DNA from: the human T2T-CHM13v2.0 reference genome, Homo sapiens
DNA: 64,000 bases
Strand: one strand, 5' to 3'
NCBI RefSeq assembly: GCF_009914755.1
Contig: NC_060930.1
The notes below the pieces were generated by a model. It saw only the letters and a list, made by a program, of their open reading frames with translations, ran no database searches and was not told where the DNA came from. The position numbers were made by a program, and so were the translations under genes. Below, piece after piece: positions 28,333 through 43,512 of this stretch (position 1 is its first letter; every line of letters begins with the position of its first letter).

Positions 28333-31300
28333 AAAAGAAATGCATATGTACTCAGTAATCTACACAGACTTTTAATGCTTGTTTCACAGTAACAAACGTG
28401 TGCAGTGATACAGACAGTCACAAGAGAACACGAAAGTAAATGTATTTGTACCCAGTAATCTTGATGGGACATAGTTCGCTGAATCGTAGGGTTGCGTTTC
28501 CAGTTTAGTGTTCCTGCAAGAGCAGATGATGAGGAGAGGTGAGATTCCAGAAAGAAATTGAAATCCGGGAGGAACGTGAAAAACAGGCGAAAACACGGAA
28601 ATAAGGACCTGGGCTTTTCATCCTTTTATGATTTCCAAAGTGTACAAATCTTTCTCTGTCGTGACTAACTCCTGATATGGGCTTTCCTAACTGCATCTGC
28701 TTACTTCCCGCAGACCTGTCCTTGGCTTGTGCAGGGTAAGTAAAGCCTCTCAAGAACTCCCATTTTTCATTTCTATTTCCTCCCTTTTAGCTTCCCACAC
28801 TCAACTCGAGAGATACTGGAATTAAGGAAATGTCCCATAGAACGCTGAGCCTTTCACCTCCCCTTTGCTCGTCTCACGGCTTTGTTAGACACGAAACCAT
28901 CTTCTGGAAAATGTCTTCCCTGACACCTCTCCTACTTTTCTGAGTTTGGGTTGCTTTCCTCCTAGCACTCACGGAGATCCAGGTACGCATTTGTTTTAGC
29001 GGCATTCACCATGTCGGGATTGTCTGTTGCTTGGCCATCTTCTCCATGAGATCATAAGCTTCTTGGGGGTAGGATGCTTATTGCTAAATACTTTTAAAAG
29101 TCTGCATGAATCAATGAAGAGTGAGGGATATGTGTGCAGGCATGATGGAAAGAGTGTCTTGTGGTCCAAATGGGCTTCACGGGTCTGTAGAATCCATGCT
29201 ATCGCAACATAGTGCATTTTGGTCAGATGAACAATAGGCTACACTATATGGTGATTGGTTCCATTTCGCTGAGGGTACCTCTAAGGCTCTGAGTGGCTCT
29301 ATATGCCCCCAGGACTGGATAGTGGTAAAGGACAGAGCATGCGCAATAGATCCAAAGTCAGGCAAGGTCTGAAATGTTTAACTTTGCTGAGGCTGAGAGA
29401 CAGGAATGAACCCTCTTCCGCGATGGGAATTTCTACTCCACTGATCCATAGTAAATAAAACAGCGAGCCAATGCACCTCAAACCTCTATTTTCTACTACA
29501 TAAATGTGATTGGTTTTGACATTTTCAAAATTCAAGTGATCACAATGATTTAGAACTAATGTTTACAAAACTATAATTTAGGAAATCCTTAGCTGTAAGC
29601 AGACACACCTACACAGAATAAAGAGAGTGATATGCCCTTTACTTCAGTGTCATTTATAACACTGGGGTAATAATACTTGGGGAAGCTGAAAAACTATATT
29701 GACCGATTTACGTGAAAATTAAGAAACATTCAGTATAATTTCTGGCACATAGTCCTGAAAAAGTCCTTGTATGCGGAATATTGTTCACCTTTAAGGAAAA
29801 TGCTTTAAAGGTCTGAGGAGAGATATTAATGCATTTCTGTTGCTACTGGCTGTTTTGCTCATGTAGTTGTAGCAACAAGCTTCTGTGAACATGAAAATGA
29901 AATAACGCTTAAAAAAACAAAATAGATGGTGGAGGAACACAATAGGGATGCATAGTAAGGTATGATTTTCTAGACAAAAATTGATTTGTACAAAAGAATG
30001 TAGTAAAGGATTTGTACCTGATTCTTTTTTGTATACCCTTTGAAGCTTATTTAGCTTATATTCGAAAGCCTCAATTGTCATCCTTCTCCCAACAAAACTG
30101 TTTCTCTGTACCACGAACATTCTGGTCAGATTCTCTGCTTAAGCATCTTGACGTCTTGAGCACTCATCTTCGTACTGAGACCCCGATATATGCCCAAATG
30201 ATGCCCTTCCACAGGAGGGTTTCTTGCTTTGCTCAAAGAGCAATCAATTTTTCAAGCAATTTAGGGCTCTTTCCTCACCCAGTGTCTATGTGAAAACTTA
30301 GAGGGAAGGGAAGAACACATGCCTGTTCTTTCCAGGAAAAGAATCCTGATGGGTTCTAACCTCAACCTGTAAATCCACTAAGCAAGTTCCTACTGAACAC
30401 CTATGATGCAAGCTCAATCCTGGAGGCCAGCACTCCACAGGGGGAAGGCAACCAAAGCAGTAGGTAAATGTTTACTGAGCACTTCTTTTTGATCAGATCC
30501 AACTCTAGGTGCTGGGATCCACCCAAAGAATCCCACAGTCCTTATTTCCCATGTACAGAAAGAAATTTGCAGTAGACTTTGTTACTGGAAAGCACTACTT
30601 GCTGTTTTTTTTGTTTTTTTTAACAAGTATTTTAGAGTCCCTTAATTAAACAGACCATATACCTTTCCTTATCTAGGAATTCCCACTCCATTGCGTGGTC
30701 CACACACCCATTATTTCTCCTCATCTTCATTCTTCAAGGCCCATTCTTGATTCTTTCATTCTTATTTGAAAGAATGTAGCATGGAGGAATGTAGCATACT
30801 AGTTTTTCCCTCGGAATTGCATGACTCATTGTCAGTAACTATCTTATGGTTTTTGCTGTTATGACATTTAGTATAGATGTGTGCTATCTTTCATTAATAT
30901 CCTCCATCTTGTAGTCACTGTTTCCATAAGGAAGCGCAGCCAGTGTGAACTACAGTCCAAATCCTCACATATGCATAGACTGGTTATGTAGTCTAAAGAA
31001 ATTCCTGGCTCTGAGTCCTAATTCTGAAGGTAGTGGTAAACTTCAGTCCTTTGGTGTCTTATTCACTTAGGTTCATGCCAAGCTTATGGGGCCCAATGCA
31101 GGTCCCAGGAAAAGGAGGGAGGGATGTAATGCTAAACCTGTTCCTATTTCTACCCGCCAGGTTTGTTGTTGTTGTTGTTTGTTTTTCAGGTGGAAGCTCA
31201 ACAGCATCCATGCTATGGGTGATTGATGCTATGTTTCTCTAATGTTAGCAGTATCTTTTTCTAATGAACTCTCTCCTTGATGATCTCTTGTCATCTGTCT

Positions 31301-31404
31301 TGGTCAATGTCAGTAAGGGGTCTGCATGTAAAAATGCTCATAGGTACTTGAGATGTTCATCTTTTCCTCCTTGTTTGGGTGAATTGTTTCTTTCTTAATT
31401 CATT

Positions 31405-32940
31405 TATGCACGTGCACATACATGTATACATAAGTGTGCACATAGGTGCGCACGCACACGTGTAGATGCCTGTGCTTATATGTGTACATACACGTATGCA
31501 TACACATATGCATTCTCGTGTACATACATGCACGAATGCTCGCATGCATGTTTAGGTACGTGTATACAAACCTGATACACAAATAAATACGTGTATAAAT
31601 GTGTTGATGCATGTTTACATGAGTGTACATGCATGTTAACATACACGTATGCATCTACACATACACGTATACACACATACATGCACACATACATACTGTG
31701 CACACAATCAATGAATATGCACAAATGCATGCACACGCACACATGTATTTGTACACGTGCATGTGTGTACGTATGCGTGTGTGCAAACATGTATGAGTGT
31801 ATATGTGTGTATGTACTTATAGGTGTATGTATACATTGCACAAACGTCTGAATGCATGTGTGGGTACACATGTGCATTTGTATGCACAAGTACGTGCGTA
31901 TGCACATTTATGTTTGTGTGCATGTATGCATCGTGCTTTTCACGCAAACATGTATGTATATATACATGTATTATGTGTGCATGTGTGCATGCACGTGCAC
32001 GTGTGTATGCACATGCATGTATACCCACATATCCATGTACACATATATGTCATGCATGCATGTGTTTGCACACGAATTTTTGTGTGTGCACATGCATGTG
32101 TGCACACATGCGTGTTGTACACATGTATGTGTGGATATGCACACGTATGTATGGACACTTGTATTCAGGCATACACACGCCTTCACATGTGTGTGCACAG
32201 ATGCATTTGTAGGCTGGTATACATGGTGTATACGTGTATGTATATATACATCATTCATACAAACATGTGCATACATGTGCACAATGCATACATTTATGCA
32301 TACATGTGTGCATGCATGCATACACACATGCATACGCATGTGCATGCATGCATACACACATGCATACGCATGTACATGCATGCGTACACACGTGCATACA
32401 CACGTACGTGGGTAAACACATACACATGTACACACATACATGCAGACGTGTGAGCACATGTCTATCTGCACATATATCTACACACATACATGCATGCATA
32501 CTGTGTACACAATACATGGATACACCTACATCCATGCACACACACCCACATGCATTTGCACATACATGTTTACATATCTTTACACACTCACACATGCACA
32601 CACGTGTACATACATGTATACATACACACGTGAATGTGCAGCTACGTGTGCACATGCAAGTACATGCATGTATGCATATGCATATGCGTCTGAAAATACA
32701 CACATGCATACACACATACATACGGTGTACATGCATGTATACATAAACATGCATGCATGCATGTATACACATGTATGTGTAGATACCTTTGTGCATGTGT
32801 ACATGCATGTATGCATACACATGCATGCACGTGTACCCACATACATTTACACATGCATGTGGTGTACACAGACATGTATACATAAACACAGGTGCAATCA
32901 CTTCTACATACACACATGCACCTGTAGATACATGTGTACA
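31405..32940. repeat. inverted paralog of the RY tract
   Basis: Reverse-complement colinear with 9900-11390, with substitutions and indels. Confidence 0.95.
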
Positions 32941-33476
32941 TGTTCTGTGTGGAAGACATGTAAAGGGAGAAGAAAAGACACCCACACAACACCTTTAAGG
33001 GTAAACAACCTTTATCCCACGTAAATGGCAATGCAGATATAATAAGCAAATGAAATAATAAGCAGACTGATATAATAAGCAAATTGCAATGGGAAGGAAA
33101 AAGACATATATATATATATATATATGTATATACATATATATGTACACTCACCAGACTATGGAGGATTCACCAACAGACCGGGAAGCAACAGCCTGGGCTC
33201 CAGAGTTGGCCAGCTGTCTGCGCACAGACGAGGAGAAGTCTCATGAAGCTTCAGCCCAGTCTGGAACCCTAGCTCTTTTTGTAACGAGTTGTTTGGCATG
33301 AGGCCCGGTCACGAGGGCCCTTCGCAACTGGGCTCAAGGATCACAAAAAGGTCAACTTGTTTTTGTGATTGTCTGTTGTTTTTCAGTAACTAATGTATAG
33401 GAATAGATTGAAATAGAGATTTCTCTGAAACAGCACTGGATGAACACCTCAATGGGTTCACAAACCTGCTCCAGAC
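32941..33476 (-). mobile_element. ERV LTR, LTR18-like (left-arm copy split into 8949-9304 and 9705-9899)
   Basis: Ends ...cttttcttctcccc...cacacagaaca; body gccaaacaactcgttacaaaaagagctaggg; family name from recall. Confidence 0.6.
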
Positions 33477-36400
33477 AGATTTCCCTCATGCTGTTCTCAT
33501 GACAATGAGTGAGTTCTCCTGAGATCTGGTTGTTGAAAAGTGTGTAACACTTTCCCCTTTGCTCTTTCTCTCCGACTCTGCCATGGTAAGGCATGCTTGC
33601 TTCTCCTTCGCCTTCCGCCATGATTGTAAGTTTCTTGAGGCCTCCCAGCCATGCTTCCTATACAGCCTGTGGCACTGTGGGTCAATGAAACCTCTTTTCT
33701 TCATAAATTACCCAGTCTCCAGTAGTTCTTTATAGCAGTGTGACAATGGACTAATACAGGTGCCAACAAGTTCAATCACTGGCACCAAAATATGGGAGAT
33801 ACGGTAGTTAGATGCATGAGAAATGTAAAGGGGAGAAATGGGCAGATTGACTGCCTGAAGTTCCTTCTATATTGGGATTGGCCTGTAGTCCCAGGGCTTT
33901 TCAGGGACAACCAGATGTAGGCCTTTCCCACAAGACAGGTGTGGGAATCAGGAGAGAGGGAGCACTAGCATGAGGTCAACTTTGAGCCAGTCCCAGTGGG
34001 CTATGTGGAAGGATGAACGTAACTAAGGAAAAAGAAGCAAAAGGAAGCTTTGAGTTTTGCAGTGGCTGGAAAAGCAGTCATAAAGAAGGGGGTACAGGAG
34101 AGTACATCATCATCAAGGGAAATGCACACGAGAATCCACAATCATGGATCGTATTAAAAAAATTATTCGTATTCAAACAGCTGAATGGAAAGCATGACAC
34201 TGGCTAATGACAACACCATTTAAAAGTAAGAACTTTATTATTCTCCCCACCACCCCTCCCTGGCTTTAACTCATCTTCCACCACGATTGAAACACGGAAG
34301 TCTCAGAACAGTGGTTAACAAATGGTAGAATGTTAGGGTAAGAAAAGAGAGATGAAACATTTTCCTTAGAAAACTATCCAAATAGTTTTAGCTGACTCAA
34401 CAGGCCCAGTAGGTAAAGGAAGAGATCTGATCTTTATGTCAAGTTTAAATTTTAGAGTGTTACATGGAGCTCAGCATCTTAACTTTGAGACTGAGACTGT
34501 ATTGCCTGGGATGAGGCATAAAACTGTGTATGTCTTCATATGGAGATAGGGAAAGAATATATCCTACTGAATAAGATTAAAATGACACTGGGAGACCAAA
34601 ACATGTTTTTTGTATTATTAAATCCCAGAGATTGGCCACATTCATATTACAGAGTTTAGAGAGAACTAACTGATAAACTTACGTGGCTATCCCTTAATGA
34701 GTTTTGTTATTATTATGGTTTTTTCCTGTCTGCTTATGCATTATTATGATATCTATATTATGATTTTGTTATGCCAAGTAATGACATCTCAGGGATCTGT
34801 GAGGCAGTACCTCATTTGGTATTCTAACCACATTTGACAAGTACAAAAATGTACACACCTTAGTCTACTTTGTGTTGCTAAAAGGAACACCTGAGACTGC
34901 GTAATTTGCATGACAATGAGTCATGCAATTCCGAGGGAAAAACTAGTATGCTACATTCCTCCATGCTACATTCTTTCAAATAAGAATGAAAGAATCAAGA
35001 ATGGGCCTTGAGGAATGGAGATGAGGAGAAATAATGGATGTGTGGACCAGGCACTGGAATGGGAATTCCTAGATAAGGAAAGGTATATGGTCTGTTTAAT
35101 TAAGGGGCTTTAAAATACGTGTTAAAAAAAAAAAAAAGCAAGTAGTGTTTTCCAGTAACAAAGTCTACTGCAAATATGAGGGTGAAAATGTAAACAACTT
35201 TGAGCCTGTCATGGTGGAATTTTGTCCCGCCCCACCTGTCATCAAATTCATGTCGAAACCCTAACTCCCAATAGGAGTTCTTATAAGAAAAGATGGAAAC
35301 ATGTGTAGAGAGAGAGACCGTGGGAGAATATAGCAAGAAGGTAAGTGACCATCTGCGAGCCAAGGAGAGAGGCCTCAGGAGAAACCAAAGCTAACAACCC
35401 TTCTAGCCTCCAGAACTGAGAAAATTTTCTGTTGGTTAAGGCACTCAGTCTATGATATTTATTATGGCAGCCCTAGCAAACTAGTGCAGAATGGGAGTTA
35501 CAGTATCAAAATAAAATATTTAGGAAGATGCATTTATAAGAATCCGGAAGTTTGAGAGTATAGGAACCGGACCAGATAGGACAGTTTGTCCTGTCAGCTC
35601 CTGAGGTCAGGGATGGCTCAATTTCCTCTGAATCCTCAAAGCCTTCGGGTAGCACAGTACCTGAAATGGAATGTGTCCTCGAGAATTATGTGGTGGGTCT
35701 GGGCACCGCACTTCGAGAACTAATGATTTAAGGTGTTTGTAGGGATGTGAGGGATAAAGGGCCAAGGATGCCTTGGAAATCTAGAGCATAAATGCCGGGT
35801 ACATGGCAGGTGGTGAATTAAAGTTTGTTGAATGGACCAACGAATCTAAAATTCTATAGCTATTTGCTTAACAAATGAGTGTGGTGGTGTGGAGAGGAAA
35901 AGGGGAGATTACATGATCTAGAGGGAGAAAGAGGGCAGCACGCTTTTTGGAAAACAAAATCTGCTTTCAAGATCTGGTTTTGCCCCTTATCAGCTGTGGA
36001 TTTAGTTCTGCTGAGCCTCAGTTTCATCAGTAAGATGGGGATAATGATGTATAGATTTATGGCAAATAAATAAATAAATAAATTGGACTAAATGAAATTA
36101 CGGGAATAAAATCTTTAATAGGGTATTTGCAACATAGAGGTGAAGAAAACATGAAGACTCATCATAAAATCAGTTGGTGATATTTTGAGGGGACTATCTC
36201 AGGTGACATAAGTGGAAATGCAAATTTAAATTAAGAGAGGTAAGTGTAAACTGCAGGCATGTTTGGGAGCTTTTCATTCATTCAACTAGCATTTAGTGAG
36301 AGCCCGCTATTCCAACTAAGGAGACTGTGGACAGTAATTATTGCCTTATATCTCTGAGGGGACGAAGATCCAGATCAATAGAGAATGAGGTCAGGCATAA

Positions 36401-36592
36401 TTGTTCAGTACACTATGGCTTCCGATTGTGAGGTTCTTCCGATGGGCTAAAAAGGAGCCTACGCGTGCCTATTGGAAATAATCTTGGAAAACTAGCGACC
36501 TTGGGCGAAGAAAACTGAAGTCCCAAAATAACCCGCCTGGGGAAAGAAATTAGGAAATTCCTGTGGAAGCTGGCGCGTTGATGCACTTCGTC

Positions 36593-36665
36593 GCCCTCTT
36601 AGCGCAGCGGGCAGCGCGTCAGTCTCATAATCTGAAGATCCTGAGTTCGAGCCTCAGAGAGGGCA
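36593..36665 (+). tRNA. TRM-CAT: elongator tRNA-Met-CAT, G46A variant
   Basis: Same as the other two Met genes except variable loop AGATC instead of AGGTC (A at 36638). Confidence 0.93.
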
Positions 36666-38663
36666 GCTTTTGCAAGTGAACGCTTACCTTCCCGGCACTT
36701 GTGATAGCTGTAACCCGTATTCCCTTTACAGCTGAGGTATAATTCCTTCTTTTCTGAAATATCAAGCAAGTGGAACCGTGTCGGGCCCAGAGCTTCTGTG
36801 GGTGCTCGTTTGACACGCGCTCCCGGCTCCGCGCAGTGGCTGTTTCCGGATGAGTCTGGAGACTCCGCCTGCAGTCCTGTGCTGGCTCCACCTTGGCAGG
36901 GATGGAGCTCAGGAATGTTGAGTGGTCCCGAAAAACCAGGTGGAACACAAGACTTCTAGTCCGGAAAAATCCCCCACATGCCTCAAATAGCCAATAGCGG
37001 GGTGGCGGGCTGGGGTTAGCGGAATTTGTAACCCGCTCACTTGGGAGGCAGCGGCCTGCAGGGTCCGCGTCCTCATCCTCCGGCTTTGCCCCTTTCTTCC
37101 CTCTGGGTGGGCAACAGTCGCTTCCCAGTTGATCATCTGAGAGCTGTACGCCTGGGTGTAGATGTCGAATACATTGATCTTCTTATTTTTATCTGTTTTT
37201 ATTTTTATGGTACACAGACGACAGGGAATCATTGGGCATCTTTGAAGTATAAATAAATCAGGTCTGTTTTTCCCCAAACGGTTCCCATGGCAGGGGCTGG
37301 GGATACCTTGACCGACATCCAACAGACTCTATGTAGGCAATGAGGGAAAACCAAGGAGCGACGAGGGGCGGGAACTCCGAGCAGGTGCTCAAAGACGAAG
37401 AAAATCTGTGCTGGGCTGGGGTGGTCACTTTCTTCTCAGAGATGCAGAGTGCTACACGGCGAGTGGGAGGGTGGGCTCCCACTCCCTGTTACAGGAGCCG
37501 CTTGGAACTGGGGATTCAACCTGGGAAACAAGGAAAGCCGATGACGCGAACCTAGAGAAGCTAAGAAGAGAAGCTAGAAGCATGAACGAGAGAATTTTGG
37601 GGAATAGATCCGGGCTTGGAGAGGAGACTGCGAAGCGCCAGTCAGCCTAAGGAAGGTTCTGATACCCAGTGGAATTTATAGAAAATGATTTCGGAAAGAG
37701 AGAAAGAAAGAAAGAGAGTGGTGGGCAGTCTGTCCTTAACGAGGCGTTATGTCCGCCTGCCAAGGATCCCACCGTCACTGGTCCTGAATCTATATTTCAT
37801 CTGTAACGCCAGTCCTGAACAATAGTCTCAGAAATCCTTCAAACTCATGTGCCACACACAGAACCCGAGACAGTTTTTTCTCTTTTGTTACAGAGGCTCC
37901 TTGAGAGAGAAATGAATATACAAAAATGTCTCAGCAGAAAGTACTGAAAAGCCATCCCACCCCATCCATTCTCAGAGACTAAAATCAAGCTAGTCAGAGG
38001 AAGGGGTTTACAAAGCAGGACTGCACTGTGGGACAATCCCTGCATTTTGGCTCTCCCTCACACCCTCTTCAAATTGAGCCCAAGCCCCACATTCTGAGGA
38101 TGATACTCAGGACGTGAGGGGGCTCTGAAAAAGGGCTGATCCCTCCGCAAACTCAGGGTGATGCACACAGCCAGGAGGAAATGAGAAAATTATCACAATT
38201 CTTTCAGATTCACAAATGCCATGTTCCCTTTGTTTTAAGGCCACGAAGGTCAAGTAAGGACCCAAATAACTACCAAACATCTCAGAGAACGCTTTGGGCA
38301 AGAGTGCGGAGACAATCAATTGCATTGTTCCCATTACAGTTTGCAGTTATTAATTTCATGGAAGAGAGCACGTCACACCGGGGGCAAGACACAGTAGGAA
38401 CTGCCAGATTAAGTAGCACAGATATCCCGGAATGTTCTGCGGCTCTTTGTATTTTAAGGAAGTTTTGATTACTGACTGACTGTTGACGAGTCAACAGTTG
38501 ATGAGGAGGAGGTTTTGGGGCTGGCCATTCCAGGCTCCACGTTCACACCACGGCACCACCATTCCTAGGGTGTCTAGACATGTACACTTGCAAAAACCAT
38601 GTATATAGAGAAAATGATTTTATTTATATGTGAGAGCACTTTTAAGTTTGAAACTTTCAATAA

Positions 38664-38694
<31 letters not shown>

Positions 38695-38696
38695 GA

Positions 38697-38825
<129 letters not shown>

Positions 38826-41435
38826 TAGTAGAGACGGGGTTTCGCCATGTTGGCCAGGCTGGTCTCAAACTCCTGGCCTCCAGTGATTCGCCCCGCCCCC
38901 GCCTCGGCCTCCCACCGAGCCTGGCCTAATAAGCACTTTTTTTAAGTTTTATCATTGTAATTAAATATTTCAGGCTTTAAATAGGAAAGGGAATGAGATA
39001 ATTTTTGTTCGTTTTTCCAGGTTGCTGAACAAAATAATTACCAGAAAGAAATCAACATTTAGCTTTAATTTTTGATGCTACAAGACCCCTCTGGAGACAG
39101 TGTTCACGCAGTATCTGGAGAGTGTTGTTTAGGCTCCTGCTTCCTCACGCAGTCCCCTCCAACAATGCTGTTGGTCCATTGTGCTTCCCACTGTCCTTAG
39201 TCCATCTCATCCATGAATAGGCCATCAGCTCCCCCAGAGCAGCAGCGGTGGGCTTTCCTTTGAAATCTGGAGGGTCTGGAGGGCTGCGCAAACTTCCCTT
39301 GACTTAGTTATCTCAGAGCATTGTGATGGAAAAGAAACATCCCATGCAAGTGGACAGCACTAGGTTGTGAACTGGAAGGAAGGTGGGAAAGGAGAGATAC
39401 CCATTACGCATTTCACTTTCTTGAACTCAGCAGCAGAGAGAATGATGAAATCAATAGCTTGAGAGAACTAGGAAATTTTAGGGCCATGTTTGCATGTGTG
39501 TATGTACTTGTTGTTAACAAATTGGTAATAGATCATAAATATGATCTAATATTAACTTTTTTTTCTGATTGTCACCCATACAAAAAAAATTTCTCTTAAT
39601 GGCTGATTATAAATAATAAAGTAAAATCTACAGATTTTTATGTTTTTTAAGACTCTTTTCATCCATAAAAGGTCCCTGGTCTTTCTTTTATGGATATTAT
39701 TTTTTAAAATTGATAGACATTATTTTTTAGAGAAGTTCTGGGTTTAAAGAAAAATTGACCAGAATAGATAGAATTTCCATAAACTCCATCACTCTCCCTC
39801 TCTTACAATTTTCCCTATTATTAACATCTTGCATCAGTATGGTACACTTGTTACAACTGGTAAACCAGTAATTACTAATACATTATTGTTAACTGAAGTC
39901 CACAGTTTACATTACAGTTTGCTCTTTGTGTTATACATCCTGGGTTTTTTTTTTTTTTAACAAATGTATAATGACATATATTTACCATTATAGTATCATA
40001 AAGAGTTAATGCCAGTTAGTTGTTGAAGGAACTGGGCCTTTTATCCTTAGAAACACCTCTATGTTGTATTTATTTCATTGTATCTATTTCCTGCCCCTTG
40101 ACATGTTTCTTCACCTACTCTATTTCTTGTAAACTGGTAGTTACAAGTAGAGGCTCACTTAGATTCAGCTTCAAATCTTTTAACAAGACAATTTGATAGG
40201 TGGGCTTGTGCACTTTCCATTGCTTCGCTTTATGAGGTACATAATGTCTGGTTCTCCAACTTTTAGTCACCAATATTAGCACTAATGTGTGGTTCAGCTG
40301 CCATTCATAAATACATGTATATATAACTCGTATACTTATGTGAATGTACATATTTATGTGTTGATAAACAAAATGATACACAAAAATTAGAAAATAACAT
40401 TGAAAGAATGAACGTAAAAGTAAACAAGAAGAGATTAACTCTCGAATGCACAGTTTAGAAAAGAATCAAAAGTATATCTTCGAGCTCCTTAGAATATAAT
40501 GAAAATGGGGACTTATAATGACATATTTCTAAGGACTCTGTAGAAACTGCTTTCTCATTTTAAATTACACCTTTTAATACCCAAGTTACAAAACATTAGA
40601 AGAAATCAGTGCATTAAATATAAGAAGGAAGAAGAAGAAGAAGAAGAAGAAGAAGAAGAAGAAGAAGAAGAAGAAGAAGAAGAAGAAGAAGCCCGAAAAA
40701 AAAAAAGAAAAAGAAAAAAAAAAAGAAAATAGAATGGTGAAGGAAACACAGGAATTAACTAGAAAATTGCAAAATCTGATTGGTCATTTGAAAAAGAAGT
40801 GTAAAATGGTCAGCCAAATGTAAAATAATAATAATAATAAGGGGATATGGAGAAAGCACAAAGAAAAACCAAAAACATTAGTGAATGCTATTATTAAGAT
40901 TTGAGAAATGTGGCAGGATAATGTTTTTAAGTATTGCTCTGTCTTTGATCTCCCTGTTTCCTTATCTGTTCAAGGCAGTAACCGTATTTTACAGAACCTT
41001 AACTCTACGCATGGGGATGAAGCGAGTTGAACACAGTGTACATAGACAGCGTTTCGGTACTCAGGAAGCTCCCACTCTAGGGGAGAGAAAAACAAACCAG
41101 TAACTTAAAGACATACTTTCTGGAGGAGACGATATTTGTGAAGATGTAGTAGGAATTGAGAGATCGTGTGGGCATCACTTTTAGCTGTACTTGTCTAAAG
41201 ACGGGAAATTTGCATTGAGACCTGAGTAGCTAGAAGTGCCAAACCTGTGGCAGGAGTGGAAAACATGGGAGGATGGAAGCAGGGGCAACAAGACTCTTAC
41301 ATGGGGAGCAGTAAAACACGAGATCGGGGGAGGGGGCAGGTTCCTCTGATCTTCTCCCAGGTAAGAAGCACCGCCGTTGTCAACAGGAGAAAGAAGCGGG
41401 TATACAAACCAAGAGACATAAACCGGACAAGGAAC

Positions 41436-41508
41436 TGGAGAATGCGGGCGTCGATCCCGCTACCTCTCGCATGCTAAGCGAGCGCTCTACCGCCTGAGCT
41501 AATTCCCC
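41436..41508 (-). tRNA. TRA-AGC: tRNA-Ala, anticodon AGC
   Basis: Exact reverse complement of 914-986 (palindrome mate). Confidence 0.93.
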
Positions 41509-43414
41509 ACTGAGGATACACCACCCCCCACCCATTTTCCTGGTTATCAGGAGCCTGCCGGTACTTTGGGCCGCCAAATCCCTGGCAGGACAAGATTGAG
41601 GGCGGAGCTTCTCAGATACTGCCTTGGGCAAAGTTCTACGAGCCTGAGAGTGTGAAGAATACGGATTTCCAAAATAGGTCATGAGGGAGACCTCTCTCCT
41701 CACTTCTCAATTTCGCCTTCTTCATCTCTCGGAAGTAGAGAGCACGTTCCAGTTGGAGAAGCACCACCCGGAACTGCCTGGCTTGCGGGCACAGCTATTC
41801 CAGCCCGCTCTAGAGCTGTGATCCTCACCTGCTCCCTGCAGGCAAGGCCGCCCGGAAGTAGTGGGGCAGCTTCTCCCAGCCCCAGAACTTCACGCCATAC
41901 GCGCCGCATCTTCAATAGCACTTTCCTCCTGTAGGACTCAGAAAGTGATGGAGAACCTTGGAGGAGTTGAGAAAGAGAAAGCTTGAGAATTTTCATCTCA
42001 ATCTGTGGATTCATTCCTGAAGCACTTCTTCAGCACCAGGCACAGTGGATGAGGCCAGTGATCCACATAGAAAGTGCCACAACAATAGCAAGTAATAGTA
42101 CTGTGCAATTGCCGTCTAGACCCTATTTTAGATGCTGTACACATATTAATAGTAATGCAGGTAAAATGCCTAGAAATAGTTTATAATCTTCATTTTTTAT
42201 ATGAAAAATTATGGAAAATTGTCACCACAGAGCTCAGGGATCTCTCAGCCAAAAGGAAAAACAGATGCAGGCTATACCGTGTCTGCTGTGTAGGTGCTTC
42301 TCCTGCCATTTCCCTTCCCTGTCACCTTCCTCCCCCCTTCTCTTGCTCCATTGGGCACCACACTTGTCCTTCTTATGCCTGTCTAGTTCTTCAATTCCCG
42401 GGCCCACAGAAGAAGGCTTCCCCTGTAGCCCAGGGGAGGCTACATTAGCTCCACTGCCTTGGAGTTGTAGTGGATTCCAAATCTGCTTTCCACCTGTGAA
42501 GAATTCTCATTTAAGACAGGAACATAGTTATTTTACTCTGAGTATAACTAGCGTCAAGTAGGATTTTTGCCTGATGAAAATTTGCTGAATGGAGAAAGGC
42601 TATACAGATAATTTAGAAGCCTCAAAGGAGAGAGTGGCTTCAGATCAGTAAAGACTGAAGAAAGGATTAGAAGCTAGGGTCTAACAAACCCATAGAAATG
42701 TTTTTGCCTGAAAAGGAAATGTGGTTGGGGAAGAGTGGAGGGGCACTACTTTCAGAGTGATTAGTGGGTGGAGGCATGGCCTTCATGGAACTGCAGGTGG
42801 TTTGGGGCAGCTTCAGGTCCCTCCTTCACGGTCCCAGTTTATTAGGAGTGCACATCCTGAGAAGGAAAGAGGCTGCTCCTATGGGACAAAAATTCAACAA
42901 CATGTTTATTATTTATGACATTCATTTTTGAGATCATTTATGAATAAGAAGATAAAATAGAAAAACATGTAATCAATAACATTGTCTTTCTATTACGATT
43001 AACAAAGGGCAATGCTGAGAAGTCAAATGGTGTCAGAGAGAGATTTGAGTGATGGGAAAGAAAGAAGGATGGAAAGAGGGGCACGTCCCAGGGACCTACA
43101 AGAGCTTCCTGGAGTCATCTATCCAAAGACCACTCTCTCCAGCATTCTGAGCTCTGCTTGGGCCAGTTGAGCTAGTCAACATATGTGTTGTTAATACAGC
43201 GCCTCATGTAGTTTCTTTAAATAGGGGATAGTGTTGCAATTTCAAAAATACATTTTTTTACGTTTTGGTTCATCTTGGAAATTAGAGGAAGACCTAGGTC
43301 CCCATTTATTTTGAGCACATTTTTGTCAGAACGAGCTTTCAGAGAGATGAATAGAAGGAATAAATGTCACTTTTCTTAGTGAGAGTGTATCCGACCACTA
43401 GAGTTAATATGCTA

Positions 43415-43512
43415 GCTCCCACCTTCACTTATACTCCTTCCTTACCTCTCTCCTTACCTCTCTTACCTACACAGGAGAGAGGTAAGGAAGGAGTATAAGT
43501 GAAGGTGGGAGC
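43415..43512. repeat. perfect 40-bp inverted repeat with 18-nt spacer
   Basis: 43415-43454 is the exact reverse complement of 43473-43512. Confidence 0.95.
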
